The translations under genes were made by a program, and so were the position numbers. A stretch of 64,000 nt of DNA from an uncultured Aminicenantes bacterium. Lineage in GTDB: Bacteria > Acidobacteriota > Aminicenantia > UBA2199. Below are positions 18,960 through 28,937 of this stretch, piece by piece. The notes below the pieces were generated by a model. That model did not search any database, was not told the DNA's origin, and saw nothing but the letters and a program-made list of their open reading frames with translations. Numbering within the stretch: the stretch's first letter is position 1; every line of letters starts with the position of its first letter. The stretch covers positions 1-64,000 of the forward strand of contig CBDAFS010000012.1 of the NCBI GenBank assembly GCA_965195285.1, read 5' to 3'.

Positions 18960-21089
18960 ATGAAAATAAAAATATTAATCGCAGTCTTGCTGCTGCTGGT
19001 TGTGGGCACGATCCTGTTTTTAGTATTGGGAGATCATCAAAAAGCCTGGGATGGAAATGTATTGATCATCACCCTGGATACCACCCGGGCCGATGTCCTG
19101 GGTTGCTACGGAAATCAGCAGGTGAAAACCCCCCATCTGGACCGGCTGGGCCAACAGGGAATTCGTTTTGAGAATTGTTATTCGCCGGTTCCCCTGACCC
19201 TTCCTTCCCACTGTACCCTTTTTACCGGAAAGTACCCCATCGGACACGGGGTCCGGAATAACGGAACTTTTTATTTAAATGACAATCATCATACCCTCAC
19301 GGAAATATTCCAAAAACAGGGGTATCATACCTATGCGGTGATTGCGGCATTTGTGCTGTTATCCAAATTCGGGCTTAAACAGGGATTTGATGTGTATGAT
19401 GATTCGCTGGATAGCTATAAAATCGTTAACACTTTCCAATCGGAAATCAGGGCCAATGTGATCTATGAAAAATTCAGCATATGGTTTGCCGAAAACTGGC
19501 AGCAAAAATTTTTCGCCTGGATTCATTTTTATGATCCCCATTCCCCTTACCAGCCTCCCCAGGGGTTTTTCAAAAAGGAAGACATCCGGAACAAGGAGGC
19601 CCTTTACCGGGGAGAGGTTTCCTTCATGGATGTGTATATCGGCAAAATCATGGAGGACCTGAAGAAGAAGGGCATTATGGACAAAACCCTGGTGGTGGTG
19701 GTGGGAGATCACGGCGAGGCTTTCGGTGAACACAAGGAATATGCGGGTCACAGTGTGTTCTGTTATCAGGAGAATATACGGGTGCCCTTTTTCATGTTCA
19801 ATCCGGGGCTATTTAATAATCCGGAAGTGGTGCGGGACCGGGTCAGCACCGCCGATATCATGCCCACCCTGATGGAATTGAGCGGGCTTGAGACTGATGA
19901 AGGAATTCAGGGGAAAAGCCTGGTCTCCTTATTGAAGAAGGGTCATGATCCGGCCCCTGCGCTGATCTACCTAGAAAGCATGTACGGCAAGGAAGAATTG
20001 GGCTGGGCCCCGTTGACCGGTATCATTGAAGGGGATTACAAATATATTTCTCTGCCTGAACCGGAACTATACAATCTAGTGGATGATCCCGGAGAGAAGA
20101 CCAATCTGGCCCGGATCAAATCCAATATTTCCCGGAAAATGGACAAAAAATTAGAAGAACTGGTGATCCGGTATTCCAGCGCAGCCGGGGATTCCAAGCG
20201 GGATCTGTCCGGTACGGATATTCAACATCTGAAATCTCTGGGATATATTTCTTCCTTTTCCGGAAAAACCCAGGGACTGGTGGATCCCAAAAAAGGGATT
20301 ATCTTCAACAACCGGATCAAACGAATCTCCAGAATCATCAAAGTCGGAAAACTGGATGAAGCCGAGGCGGAAATTAACCGGATCATGAAGGAGAATCCGG
20401 AAATGATCAACTATGCCCTGATCAGCCAGTTGTTTAAGGTACATTCGAGCCGGAATCATACTGATAAGGCCCTGGATGCATTGAGAGAGGGGATCCGGCG
20501 ATTTCCCGAGATGATTGCTTTCCGGACCATGATGGGACAGATGTTGTACGATGACAAAAGATATGATGAAGTCCTTACCCAGTGCCAGAACATTCTGGAG
20601 ATCGATTCCCAATGTACCTGGGCCTATATTCTGCAAGGGGACAGCTATGACCGGCTGAACAAACCCCGGGAGGCCCTGGAGAATTACCGCAGGGCCCTGG
20701 AGCTGGAACCGAAAAATATTTCCATGACCATCAAATACGGGGAGTTATTGATCAAAAACAAGCAACTCCAGCAGGCATTAATTGTATTTAACCGGATACT
20801 GGATAATCCGGATGTATGGAACAGTCCGGACATTCTCTATAAAATTTCCCTGTTCAATACCAGCTACGGATCCATGCAGAAAGCCGAGGAATTGATGAGA
20901 AGGGCCGTTTCCCTCCGCCCGGAAGGAAAATATTATTATTCCTATGCCCTGGTGCTTTCCAAAAACAAGAAGATTGGCGAGGCGGTTCGTTATATGGAGA
21001 TTGCCCTCAAGAGATATTCCGGCCAGTTGTCCGAAAAACAGAAGAACACGGCTTCCCGGGCGGTCAGGGTCTGGAAACAGGCGCTCTGA
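18960..21089 (+). CDS. Membrane-anchored sulfatase-like protein with TPRs (paralog of 12149)
   Basis: N-terminal TM/signal; LDTTRAD, PLTLPSHCTLFTG, HFYDPH, GDHGE, LKSLGY; TPRs. Confidence 0.88.
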   Translation: MKIKILIAVLLLLVVGTILFLVLGDHQKAWDGNVLIITLDTTRADVLGCYGNQQVKTPHLDRLGQQGIRFENCYSPVPLTLPSHCTLFTGKYPIGHGVRNNGTFYLNDNHHTLTEIFQKQGYHTYAVIAAFVLLSKFGLKQGFDVYDDSLDSYKIVNTFQSEIRANVIYEKFSIWFAENWQQKFFAWIHFYDPHSPYQPPQGFFKKEDIRNKEALYRGEVSFMDVYIGKIMEDLKKKGIMDKTLVVVVGDHGEAFGEHKEYAGHSVFCYQENIRVPFFMFNPGLFNNPEVVRDRVSTADIMPTLMELSGLETDEGIQGKSLVSLLKKGHDPAPALIYLESMYGKEELGWAPLTGIIEGDYKYISLPEPELYNLVDDPGEKTNLARIKSNISRKMDKKLEELVIRYSSAAGDSKRDLSGTDIQHLKSLGYISSFSGKTQGLVDPKKGIIFNNRIKRISRIIKVGKLDEAEAEINRIMKENPEMINYALISQLFKVHSSRNHTDKALDALREGIRRFPEMIAFRTMMGQMLYDDKRYDEVLTQCQNILEIDSQCTWAYILQGDSYDRLNKPREALENYRRALELEPKNISMTIKYGELLIKNKQLQQALIVFNRILDNPDVWNSPDILYKISLFNTSYGSMQKAEELMRRAVSLRPEGKYYYSYALVLSKNKKIGEAVRYMEIALKRYSGQLSEKQKNTASRAVRVWKQAL

Positions 21090-21097
21090 TTAACAGC

Positions 21098-21424
21098 TTA
21101 GAGTATATCTTCCAGGTAATAACCCTCTTCAACAATTTTGGTTTCACCGTCTTTAATCTCAAAATTATCCGTTTTGCCCACTTCCGGGTGCTGATAGGGG
21201 TAGGTGATCAGATTGATATTCAAGTCGTCATGACCGGGCCAGGACATTTTGAAGGTGTCTTCCTCTCCGGGCTCGATAATGCTGTAACCGGTTTCAATCT
21301 GGGCGTACATGACCAATTCGCCGATATTTCTGACGATTACTTCGGCGTTGCCATTGTAGTCAAATATGAAACAACCGCTTATCATAAACAAACTCAGCAC
21401 ACTGATCAATATTAATTTTTTCAT
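21098..21424 (-). CDS. Small lipoprotein, unknown function
   Basis: GAGG RBS; lipobox ISGC; beta-rich acidic domain. Confidence 0.75.
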   Translation of the reverse strand: MKKLILISVLSLFMISGCFIFDYNGNAEVIVRNIGELVMYAQIETGYSIIEPGEEDTFKMSWPGHDDLNINLITYPYQHPEVGKTDNFEIKDGETKIVEEGYYLEDIL

Positions 21425-21516
21425 TTTACCTCACATTCATTTTTCTATTGTTTTAGACGTGATTTTTTATAATATAGTTTCGGCTTTTTGTCAAGTCTCC
21501 ACTCAATAAGGCCGGG

Positions 21517-22977
21517 TTACTGATTCTGAATATCACGGATCAGTTCATCGGCGAAGAACCATTTTCGGTACTCCTGGTCATGTACATAATTGGTGATCAT
21601 GTTTAAGGCAATGATCCGGTTTCTTTTATACAGGTAGTTAAATTCCCTTTCCTTTTTCTGGATATTTTTCAACACGAAGTTTTCGTAGTTGTTCCAGATT
21701 TTCCGGGCGGATTTGATGCGATCCTTGTAATTGGCATCTACCAACTCGGACAGGCGGGCAAAACAACAGAAGGCAAATTCAGGGCTGGATTTAAAAAACG
21801 TTTTTGGTTTGATGAAATGAGTGGCCAGGGCATCTTCGGAATTGCCCCGGGTATATCCGGATGGCGGATCGGAAATATGGATGTACCAGGGGGAATAGGC
21901 ATTTGAATCCGGCCGATTCAAGCAGAGCCAGATGAGGCTCGAAATCTCCCGGGGCAATTCGACCCTGAGCTGGGCAACGAATGAGTATAAAGTGCTGTGG
22001 GTGCAGATGGTTCTGTATTTGGCGGAATTGGGAGAGCCATTTCTATAATTATCGGTTGAGTCATATTCGGTATCTTCATAGTGGTCACGGAGAACTTTAA
22101 AACAGTCGGTTATCTTTATTTTTCTTCTGGGCTTGAAGGAAAAAGGGAACCTTGCCTCCACCGGGTATTTATCCCGGGCTAATAAATTGGTGGCCCTCCA
22201 CTGCCTCAATATATTACCCTGGGCTTTAAGATTTTGAGGATTTGAATAGGCCCGGGCAAAATCGAACTGGCCATTCTTCTGAGGCCGGTACCATTTTCGC
22301 TTGATGGCATATTCACGGATATCTGGCGAGCCCAGAAAATTATTGGTGTCCTTCAGATTGACCGAGGCAATGGTATAATAGTTGGAGATCACCGCCACTT
22401 CGTCATCCGGCACTCTCTGGGCGATCCAGTGTTTGCCTTTGACCAGGTGAAGTATCCAGCCCTCCCGAGCGTCGGCGATGGCCAGTGTTCTCCCGGAGGA
22501 ATAGTATCCGTAGGTTTCTACCAGATGGCCGGCGATTCGGACTGCCTCCCGGGCAGTCATGGCCCTTTCGGCGATCAGGCGCCGCAGCATGAATCCGATT
22601 CCTCCCTTGTTCAGTTCTGCTTTATCCTCTCTGGATCGACAGGCGTTGGATGTAATTACCACTCCGTTATCATTGAAGTATCCGTCTCCGAATTCATAGC
22701 CGGGCAGTTGAAGCCACAGGTACCCGAAGGTCTTAGGGGTCTGGTCAATCAGGGTTTCATTTTTGAGTGAAATGAAGGAATTCAGGGGGTGAAAACGGGC
22801 CATGAACCGATGGATGTTCAGGAAAGCCGGTTTCCCCCGGTCATCTTCATTGTGGGCAATGATTACCGAACCGTCAGCAGTGGCATCTTTACCGGCAATG
22901 ATGGTAAAACAGTTGAAATCCGATGCCGGTAAATGAACGGCGATCAGTAAAATGAGTATGCATAAAAACGTCCTCAT
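21517..22977 (-). CDS. Exported C69 family dipeptidase (Ntn hydrolase)
   Basis: GAGGAG RBS before MRTFL; signal peptide then CFTIIAGKDATADGSVIIAHNED; LRDHYE; RTIC. Confidence 0.88.
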   Translation of the reverse strand: MRTFLCILILLIAVHLPASDFNCFTIIAGKDATADGSVIIAHNEDDRGKPAFLNIHRFMARFHPLNSFISLKNETLIDQTPKTFGYLWLQLPGYEFGDGYFNDNGVVITSNACRSREDKAELNKGGIGFMLRRLIAERAMTAREAVRIAGHLVETYGYYSSGRTLAIADAREGWILHLVKGKHWIAQRVPDDEVAVISNYYTIASVNLKDTNNFLGSPDIREYAIKRKWYRPQKNGQFDFARAYSNPQNLKAQGNILRQWRATNLLARDKYPVEARFPFSFKPRRKIKITDCFKVLRDHYEDTEYDSTDNYRNGSPNSAKYRTICTHSTLYSFVAQLRVELPREISSLIWLCLNRPDSNAYSPWYIHISDPPSGYTRGNSEDALATHFIKPKTFFKSSPEFAFCCFARLSELVDANYKDRIKSARKIWNNYENFVLKNIQKKEREFNYLYKRNRIIALNMITNYVHDQEYRKWFFADELIRDIQNQ

Positions 22978-23071
22978 GTTTTCTCCTCTACCATTGATAT
23001 TCATTAAATAAACAATATTATACATTATTTTACGGGTAATTTTAAGGAGATCGGAGACAATAATGCAATCT

Positions 23072-25408
23072 TTATTTTTTTTTCAGATTCAGGTGAAACA
23101 GGATTCCGGCAATCAGATAGCAGGCAGCGGCCAGCAGCAGGACAATGGTAAAATTCCAGTTGATGGCCACGATCACGGTGATTATCGAGCCCAGAACCGT
23201 GGCAAAGGCGTTGGCACCCCAGGCCCAGCCAATCATGGTTTTATTTTCTTTCCCCAGTCGCTTCAGGCCGATGGGAAAATAAATCCCCATGGGAATGCCC
23301 GGTATGGAGATCAGTACCAGTGATATGAAAAGCCGAATGATCAGGCCAAAATGAATCAGGGAATAGATGATTTTAAATAAAAACAGGGCGTACAGGCTGA
23401 TCAACGCCACCAGGAAAACGGTGACGAACAGAATGGTGTTTCTCTTGAAGACCTGATTGATTTTTCCGGACAACAGGCTGCCGATTCCGGAGGATATGAG
23501 CAATGAAAAAATGATTACCGAAATGGAATAGGCCGGGTTTCCCAGGTATAACTGAAATATTTTTATCAGTATGATTTCAACGATGATAAAAGCCATGCCG
23601 ATAAAGAAAAAATAGAAAATAGGGTAAAAATTGATCTTTTTGGCTTTGTTTTTAATCTTTAAGGGCAGGTAGATCAACAGGAATGAAAACAGAATGGAAA
23701 TAAAGAAAATGGAGAGATAGACACTGTTGGAACGGGTCATGGCATTGTTGATCATCAATCTGGCCAGGCCGGCAATATAGATGTTTTCAAAGCTGAATTG
23801 CCCGATCTTATTGGGCTGGTTGAAATAGGGCGAATTATCCCGAACCGGGTTGATGTTGACCGAAGATTTTCTGTACAGTTCACGGTAATTGGCCGAAGCG
23901 ATTTGATAGTAGGTGTTTGTTTTTTTCAGATGAGGGGCATAGATGATTTCAACCGGAAACTGGAGCCGTAATTTTTCGAAAAATGTCGTGAGTAATTCTC
24001 GGTCCCGGGGGTTGATATCCCCCTTTTTCATGAAAAAATAGTTGAACCCATTCTTGGCCTGGATCACGAAGAATTTCTTACCCGGATCGTTGACCTGCAG
24101 CTCCCGCAGTGCCTGGTAGGCGGTTGAGAATAACCGTTCACCAAAAACATGAACAATGGACAAAAATCCCTCCGGATTCAGGTGGCTCCAGTAGTCTTTG
24201 AAGCTTTCGACGGTGTAGATATAGGTTTCCGCCACACTGAGCCCTCCGGATAAAAGGGTATCGGTGGGATGGGAGTTAACCATTTGGATGACATCAAATT
24301 GATGGTCTTTCATCCGTTTCAACACGCTCCTCCCCTCATCATTGATCAGGTAGACGCCCTTTCGATTGAAAATATTTCCGATATAATCGGCATATCCGGT
24401 TTTGGCAATGATGTGGCAGATGGCCGGGTCCATTTCCACGGCATAGATGGCTTTGAATTTGTGGGTCAGGGCACAGAGTATTTCGTATCCGCCCGCCGAA
24501 CCGATGATGAAGGCCGAATCCTTTTTGGTCAACTGAAAGGGGATGGATTGATGGAACCAGACGATCGGTTTCTTGTTTTTCTCAATCAGGCGGTTATGGC
24601 GTATCAACCAGGATTGCTGGGTTCCCCCGTTCAACCAGACGTTTTTTTTAAATTTGGATACCGGGGCGATGTCAATTTTATTGATGGGGCTCCATTTGCT
24701 GTATTCGATTCTGTTTTTTTGAACATCGTTTAAATATTCCCTTTTTTTGATTTTGGGAACGACCGGAAATATGCTATCCGAAAATTTGAACATTCCCAAA
24801 AAAAGAACTGAAACCACGATGAATACGGTGAGTTTTTTGGCTCGCCCTAAACCGGAGATAAGATACCATAGAACGGTCATTATCAGAAATATCAGCAGGA
24901 TGATTTTTGATGGTCCCAGGCTGGTGATCAGCGGAATGATGGCAATGCCTCCCAGGGCCGCACCGATCAAATCGATGAAATACAGTTTTCCGATCTGCTC
25001 GGAATAGAGTGAGAAAATCAGGACCAGAGATACCCCGGCAATAAAAAAGGGAATCAGTAGCACCAGAAAGTTCAGCAGCAGAATGATGAAATTGGTCGGG
25101 GGGCTGAAGAGATTGAGAAAATCGATTCTGGCGATCAGGGTTATTTTGTAGATGACCGGAAGCAGCAGGGCATAGGACAGGATGAAGTATTCCAGTTTCT
25201 GGATGGAATTTTCCTTCTTACTCATTTTGCTCATTGATATGAAAACCCCGCTTAATCCGTACCCGAAGAGCGCCAGTGAAATCATCAGGAAGGCGAAAGA
25301 GCTGAAGTATATCATGGAAAAGACTCGTGTATACAGGATTTCAACGATGATGGTTGAAAAGGTTATAAAAAATATAATTAGTAGAAGGTGAAATTTTTTC
25401 ATGGCCAC
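23072..25408 (-). CDS. Integral membrane protein with central spermidine-synthase-like SAM-binding domain
   Basis: ~8 N-terminal TMs (LYFIDLIGAALG), WSPINKIDI, IIGSAGGYEI, VEMDP, DEGRS, YIYTVESF, DNSPYF, ~7 C-terminal TMs (WAWGANAFATVLG). Confidence 0.8.
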   Translation of the reverse strand: MAMKKFHLLLIIFFITFSTIIVEILYTRVFSMIYFSSFAFLMISLALFGYGLSGVFISMSKMSKKENSIQKLEYFILSYALLLPVIYKITLIARIDFLNLFSPPTNFIILLLNFLVLLIPFFIAGVSLVLIFSLYSEQIGKLYFIDLIGAALGGIAIIPLITSLGPSKIILLIFLIMTVLWYLISGLGRAKKLTVFIVVSVLFLGMFKFSDSIFPVVPKIKKREYLNDVQKNRIEYSKWSPINKIDIAPVSKFKKNVWLNGGTQQSWLIRHNRLIEKNKKPIVWFHQSIPFQLTKKDSAFIIGSAGGYEILCALTHKFKAIYAVEMDPAICHIIAKTGYADYIGNIFNRKGVYLINDEGRSVLKRMKDHQFDVIQMVNSHPTDTLLSGGLSVAETYIYTVESFKDYWSHLNPEGFLSIVHVFGERLFSTAYQALRELQVNDPGKKFFVIQAKNGFNYFFMKKGDINPRDRELLTTFFEKLRLQFPVEIIYAPHLKKTNTYYQIASANYRELYRKSSVNINPVRDNSPYFNQPNKIGQFSFENIYIAGLARLMINNAMTRSNSVYLSIFFISILFSFLLIYLPLKIKNKAKKINFYPIFYFFFIGMAFIIVEIILIKIFQLYLGNPAYSISVIIFSLLISSGIGSLLSGKINQVFKRNTILFVTVFLVALISLYALFLFKIIYSLIHFGLIIRLFISLVLISIPGIPMGIYFPIGLKRLGKENKTMIGWAWGANAFATVLGSIITVIVAINWNFTIVLLLAAACYLIAGILFHLNLKKK

Positions 25409-25453
25409 TTCTGTTCGATTTTAATCTGGCCTGTTTTGACCACGATCGATTTT

Positions 25454-26440
25454 TTAGTCCAACATTCCATGGTTTAAATACCATTCGGCGGTTTTCTGGA
25501 GGCCCTCTTCCAAAGAGACCTCGGGCTGGTAGCCTAATTCCTGTCGGGCCTTGCCAATATCAAAAGCCCTGTCCTTGGTGAAAAAATCCAGCCTCCGGCG
25601 GTATAGCGGGGGTTCGATCCCCAGGGGTCGGCACAGGGCTTCGCATGCCAGCGCAGCCAGCTGGACGGGCCACAGGGGGATATGTTTCCCGGGATTCGGC
25701 TTATTGAGGATTCTGGCGATCATTTCCACCAGTTTATTTAGTTCGATATATTCATTGCCCCCCAGGGTGTAAACCTGGCCGGGCGCCTGTTTTTTTTCAC
25801 CGGCCAGTATGATGCCCCGGATGAGATCTTCGACAAAAGTCAGGTGGTATAATACCTTTCCCTTTCCGATCATTCTGAATTTGCCCTGGTAGATGTGTTT
25901 GAATAATTTAAGAAATCGGGTGTCTCCCGGGCCGTAAATCCCCACCGGTCTGACTACCACCACATCCAGTTTGTTGGCCTGAGCATAGGCCAGGGCCAGT
26001 TTTTCCCCTTCCATTTTTGATTCCTGGTAATGATCACCCGGGTTGAAGGGAGCGGTCTCCCGTGCCGGAGGGTCGGTAATTTCTCCCTGAACTCCCACGG
26101 TACTGCAGTGGACAAATCGCTTGACCCCGGCGGTTACGGACTCTTCCAGCAATGCCCGGGTTCCTTCCACATTCACCCGGGAAAACATCTCCCTGGCCAC
26201 TCCTTCCTGCCGGAACAGGGCAGCGATATGAAAGACCAGATCAATACCGTTTAATTTTCCCATCAAAGAGAGCGGGGCCGACAGATCCCCTTCAGTGAGT
26301 TCCAGGTTGAGCTTTTCCAACTGGTTGGTATTGCTGGTCTTTCTGACCATGGCCTGAACCGAATAACCTCTTTCAATCAGGGCTTTACATAGATAGTAGC
26401 CGGTAAATCCGCTGGCACCGGTTACCCATACACGTTTCAT
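25454..26440 (-). CDS. Extended SDR, NAD-dependent epimerase/dehydratase
   Basis: VTGASGFTG, HCST, YQESK, RPVGIYGPG; GAGG RBS before MKRVW. Confidence 0.9.
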   Translation of the reverse strand: MKRVWVTGASGFTGYYLCKALIERGYSVQAMVRKTSNTNQLEKLNLELTEGDLSAPLSLMGKLNGIDLVFHIAALFRQEGVAREMFSRVNVEGTRALLEESVTAGVKRFVHCSTVGVQGEITDPPARETAPFNPGDHYQESKMEGEKLALAYAQANKLDVVVVRPVGIYGPGDTRFLKLFKHIYQGKFRMIGKGKVLYHLTFVEDLIRGIILAGEKKQAPGQVYTLGGNEYIELNKLVEMIARILNKPNPGKHIPLWPVQLAALACEALCRPLGIEPPLYRRRLDFFTKDRAFDIGKARQELGYQPEVSLEEGLQKTAEWYLNHGMLD

Positions 26441-26459
26441 GATTACCTCACTGGTTTTA

Positions 26460-27251
26460 TTATTTCCTGGCAAAAGCCATCAGATGCCAGCCGGTTCGCC
26501 GGGTGACGAATTTTGGAATCAGGTTATAGACCGGGACGAAGAGATTATTGAAAAAAACCGCTTTCAATCCCTTTTGAAGCCGTGACCGTACCGGGAACCG
26601 TTCGGTGACCAGGTTGACTTTCGAAAAATTTTTTAAGAGGCTTGAAAATTCCCGACGGGAATATTGCTTCAAAACAGGTGCATCGGTGTGTTCCATTTTG
26701 ACCTTCAGGGTCCTGGAAAGGAAATTCAGCCAGGAATGACGGTTGTAAACCATCATAATGGCGCTGGCTCCCGGTTTCAAGACCCGGTAAATTTCGTCTA
26801 TCAGGGCCTGATCGTTGGCAGTATACTGGATCACGCCGTGGGCATATACGCAATCAAAGGTTTTGTCGGGAAAATCCAGTTGTTCCCCGTTTCCCTTTTG
26901 AAGCCGGGCGGAGAGTGAATGAAATCCGAAATTTATTTTGGCCAGTTCTATGGATTTGTCGGCCAGATCGATGCCGGTGACCCGGGCTCCTCCCCGGGCA
27001 AACCTTACCAGGTCGGTACCCACACCGCATCCCACTTCCAGTACTTCTTTCCCGGCCCAGGCGTTGAAATCTACCAGACTGGGCAGGTAGTGAAGTTTTT
27101 CAAAACGGTAATTTTCCAGATCATGAAAAAACCCCTGGCTGCCCACCGGGTTTTTAGCGATTTCGAGATCATGAATATGTTCATTCCAGTATTGTTCGAT
27201 TTCCTGAAGCAAGACCTTGTCGGATTTTCTATTTTCTCTTTTGGTTTTCAT
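26460..27251 (-). CDS. Class I SAM-dependent methyltransferase
   Basis: VLEVGCGVGTD, GIDL, FDCVY, RVLKPG. Start uncertain (ATG 27251 or TTG 27284). Confidence 0.9.
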   Translation of the reverse strand: MKTKRENRKSDKVLLQEIEQYWNEHIHDLEIAKNPVGSQGFFHDLENYRFEKLHYLPSLVDFNAWAGKEVLEVGCGVGTDLVRFARGGARVTGIDLADKSIELAKINFGFHSLSARLQKGNGEQLDFPDKTFDCVYAHGVIQYTANDQALIDEIYRVLKPGASAIMMVYNRHSWLNFLSRTLKVKMEHTDAPVLKQYSRREFSSLLKNFSKVNLVTERFPVRSRLQKGLKAVFFNNLFVPVYNLIPKFVTRRTGWHLMAFARK

Positions 27252-27348
27252 TGGCGATTTATTGTTATCCCGGTTAAAAATCAAGTTAGCATGATATTAT
27301 ACCCCGGCAGAAAAGTCAAGCGGATTAAGTCCGAAAGGCCCGGCCGGT

Positions 27349-28902
27349 CTATTGATTGAACTCGATACTGAAGGCAGGTGAAAACACGCTGGCATTGCCA
27401 TCCTGGTCAATTGCCTGGATCCGAAAATAGATTTTTAAATTCAGCGGGTTGGAGGGCAGGTTCAGAAACCTGAAGTCATTGGTACTGGATCGGGTGATGC
27501 GATTCAAGTCATTGGCCTGAAAGCCGAATTCGATTTGACAGTAATCAAAATCAAATTCAACATTTTCCGACCATTGAACCATGATGTAATTGTCATTATC
27601 CTCAATTTCCCGGATATTCTTGGGCTGAGCCGGCGGTAGCTCCAGGATTTTTGGGGCAAACAATCCGGCCATGATTTCGTGTCCCAGGGGACTGGGATGG
27701 TTGCCCTTTATGTCTTCCAGGCAGGCTTCCCAACCTTCTTCATGCTGAAAAAATGCCCGGTAGGTGTCGATATAGGGAATGTTGTTCCGGTTGGCCAGTT
27801 CGATGATTCTGGCATTCAGGGCTTCGGTGTTTTCCTTGAAGACCTGAACTCCCGGTTCCCACAGCTTGGCCGGCGGAACAGTTGAAATAATGGGATACAT
27901 GCCGTATGTGGACCGGGCATTCAAGCAGATCCATTCCAGGTTTTCGGCAGAACTCGCTGCTGAAAATTGATTCCAGCCTATATCATTTGTACCGTACAGT
28001 ATCAGGCAGAAATAGGCGGGACTTATTGAAAAAACCTCATCCATGCGCTCAACGGCATGAAAGGTATTGGTAGCGGTTTTTCCCAGGTTGATGATATAGG
28101 TTTCACCGTATAGATCCAGTAATTCCTGGACTTTGGCCAGATAGGCCAGTTCCGGATGCAGTTCACCTTCCAGATCCTCCATGCGCATTTCACCGCAGGT
28201 GATGCTGTCACCGAATGCAATGATGGTATTCAGGGTGACCGAGTTCCAATCCCAGGGAATCTGTTTCGGGTCCCGGATTATGGGTTCCCTTTCCAGGATA
28301 TAACACTGATCATTTTCCAGGTCAGCCTGGTAACGGTACCGGTGATACAGAGTCCGGGTATCGATATAGACAACCTGGTTTTCCTGGCTGATGCTGAATG
28401 TTTTTTCGTTTTCCGGAGTGCGGGTTAGATTCCGGATCTGGCCGGTTTTTAAATGACACAAAAACAGGTCATCGTTGTCTGAATTGTTTCCTTTGAAAAC
28501 AAAGGCGGATAAGATATCTCCTTGAAAAATCATCTCTGGCCGGGAGATGAAATTGAATCCGGAAGTGGGTATGATTTTGCTTTTTTTTTCCCATGAGTCG
28601 TAATAGCACAGATCTATATTTTTTCTGCTGAACCGGTTCCAGGAAATGATAAAACGGTTGTCCCTGACTTCGATCTTGGGGAAAAGGTTTTCACCCCGGA
28701 ATTCCTGGCTGAGATTTTTCTCTTCGGCCCCGTGAAGCAGAATATCGGTGCCGTCATCCAGTTTGATGATTTCAATCCAGTACCATTGATTGTTAATCTG
28801 AAATTTCAGGGTTAATTCACTGTCAGGTCCATTACTGGCCGGGACGAAAAAAGGAAGCATGACCAGTAAAAAAAGAAGGATAAAAACTGGGTTTTTGATC
28901 AT
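27349..28902 (-). CDS. Exported SGNH/GDSL hydrolase with N-terminal beta-rich region and C-terminal FN3-like domain
   Basis: Signal peptide; AFGDSIT, YGTND, DIKGNHP; C-terminal WSEN...YFRIQAID..GN.S. Confidence 0.82.
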   Translation of the reverse strand: MIKNPVFILLFLLVMLPFFVPASNGPDSELTLKFQINNQWYWIEIIKLDDGTDILLHGAEEKNLSQEFRGENLFPKIEVRDNRFIISWNRFSRKNIDLCYYDSWEKKSKIIPTSGFNFISRPEMIFQGDILSAFVFKGNNSDNDDLFLCHLKTGQIRNLTRTPENEKTFSISQENQVVYIDTRTLYHRYRYQADLENDQCYILEREPIIRDPKQIPWDWNSVTLNTIIAFGDSITCGEMRMEDLEGELHPELAYLAKVQELLDLYGETYIINLGKTATNTFHAVERMDEVFSISPAYFCLILYGTNDIGWNQFSAASSAENLEWICLNARSTYGMYPIISTVPPAKLWEPGVQVFKENTEALNARIIELANRNNIPYIDTYRAFFQHEEGWEACLEDIKGNHPSPLGHEIMAGLFAPKILELPPAQPKNIREIEDNDNYIMVQWSENVEFDFDYCQIEFGFQANDLNRITRSSTNDFRFLNLPSNPLNLKIYFRIQAIDQDGNASVFSPAFSIEFNQ

Positions 28903-28908
28903 GCTGAG

Positions 28909-28937
28909 ATCATATCAGAGAAAGTCGATGGTGTCAA
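28909..28937 (-). promoter_or_regulatory. sigma70 promoter, leaderless; -35 overlaps the upstream stop codon
   Basis: TTGACA-17-(TGn)TATGAT-6 nt-ATG(28902). Confidence 0.7.
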
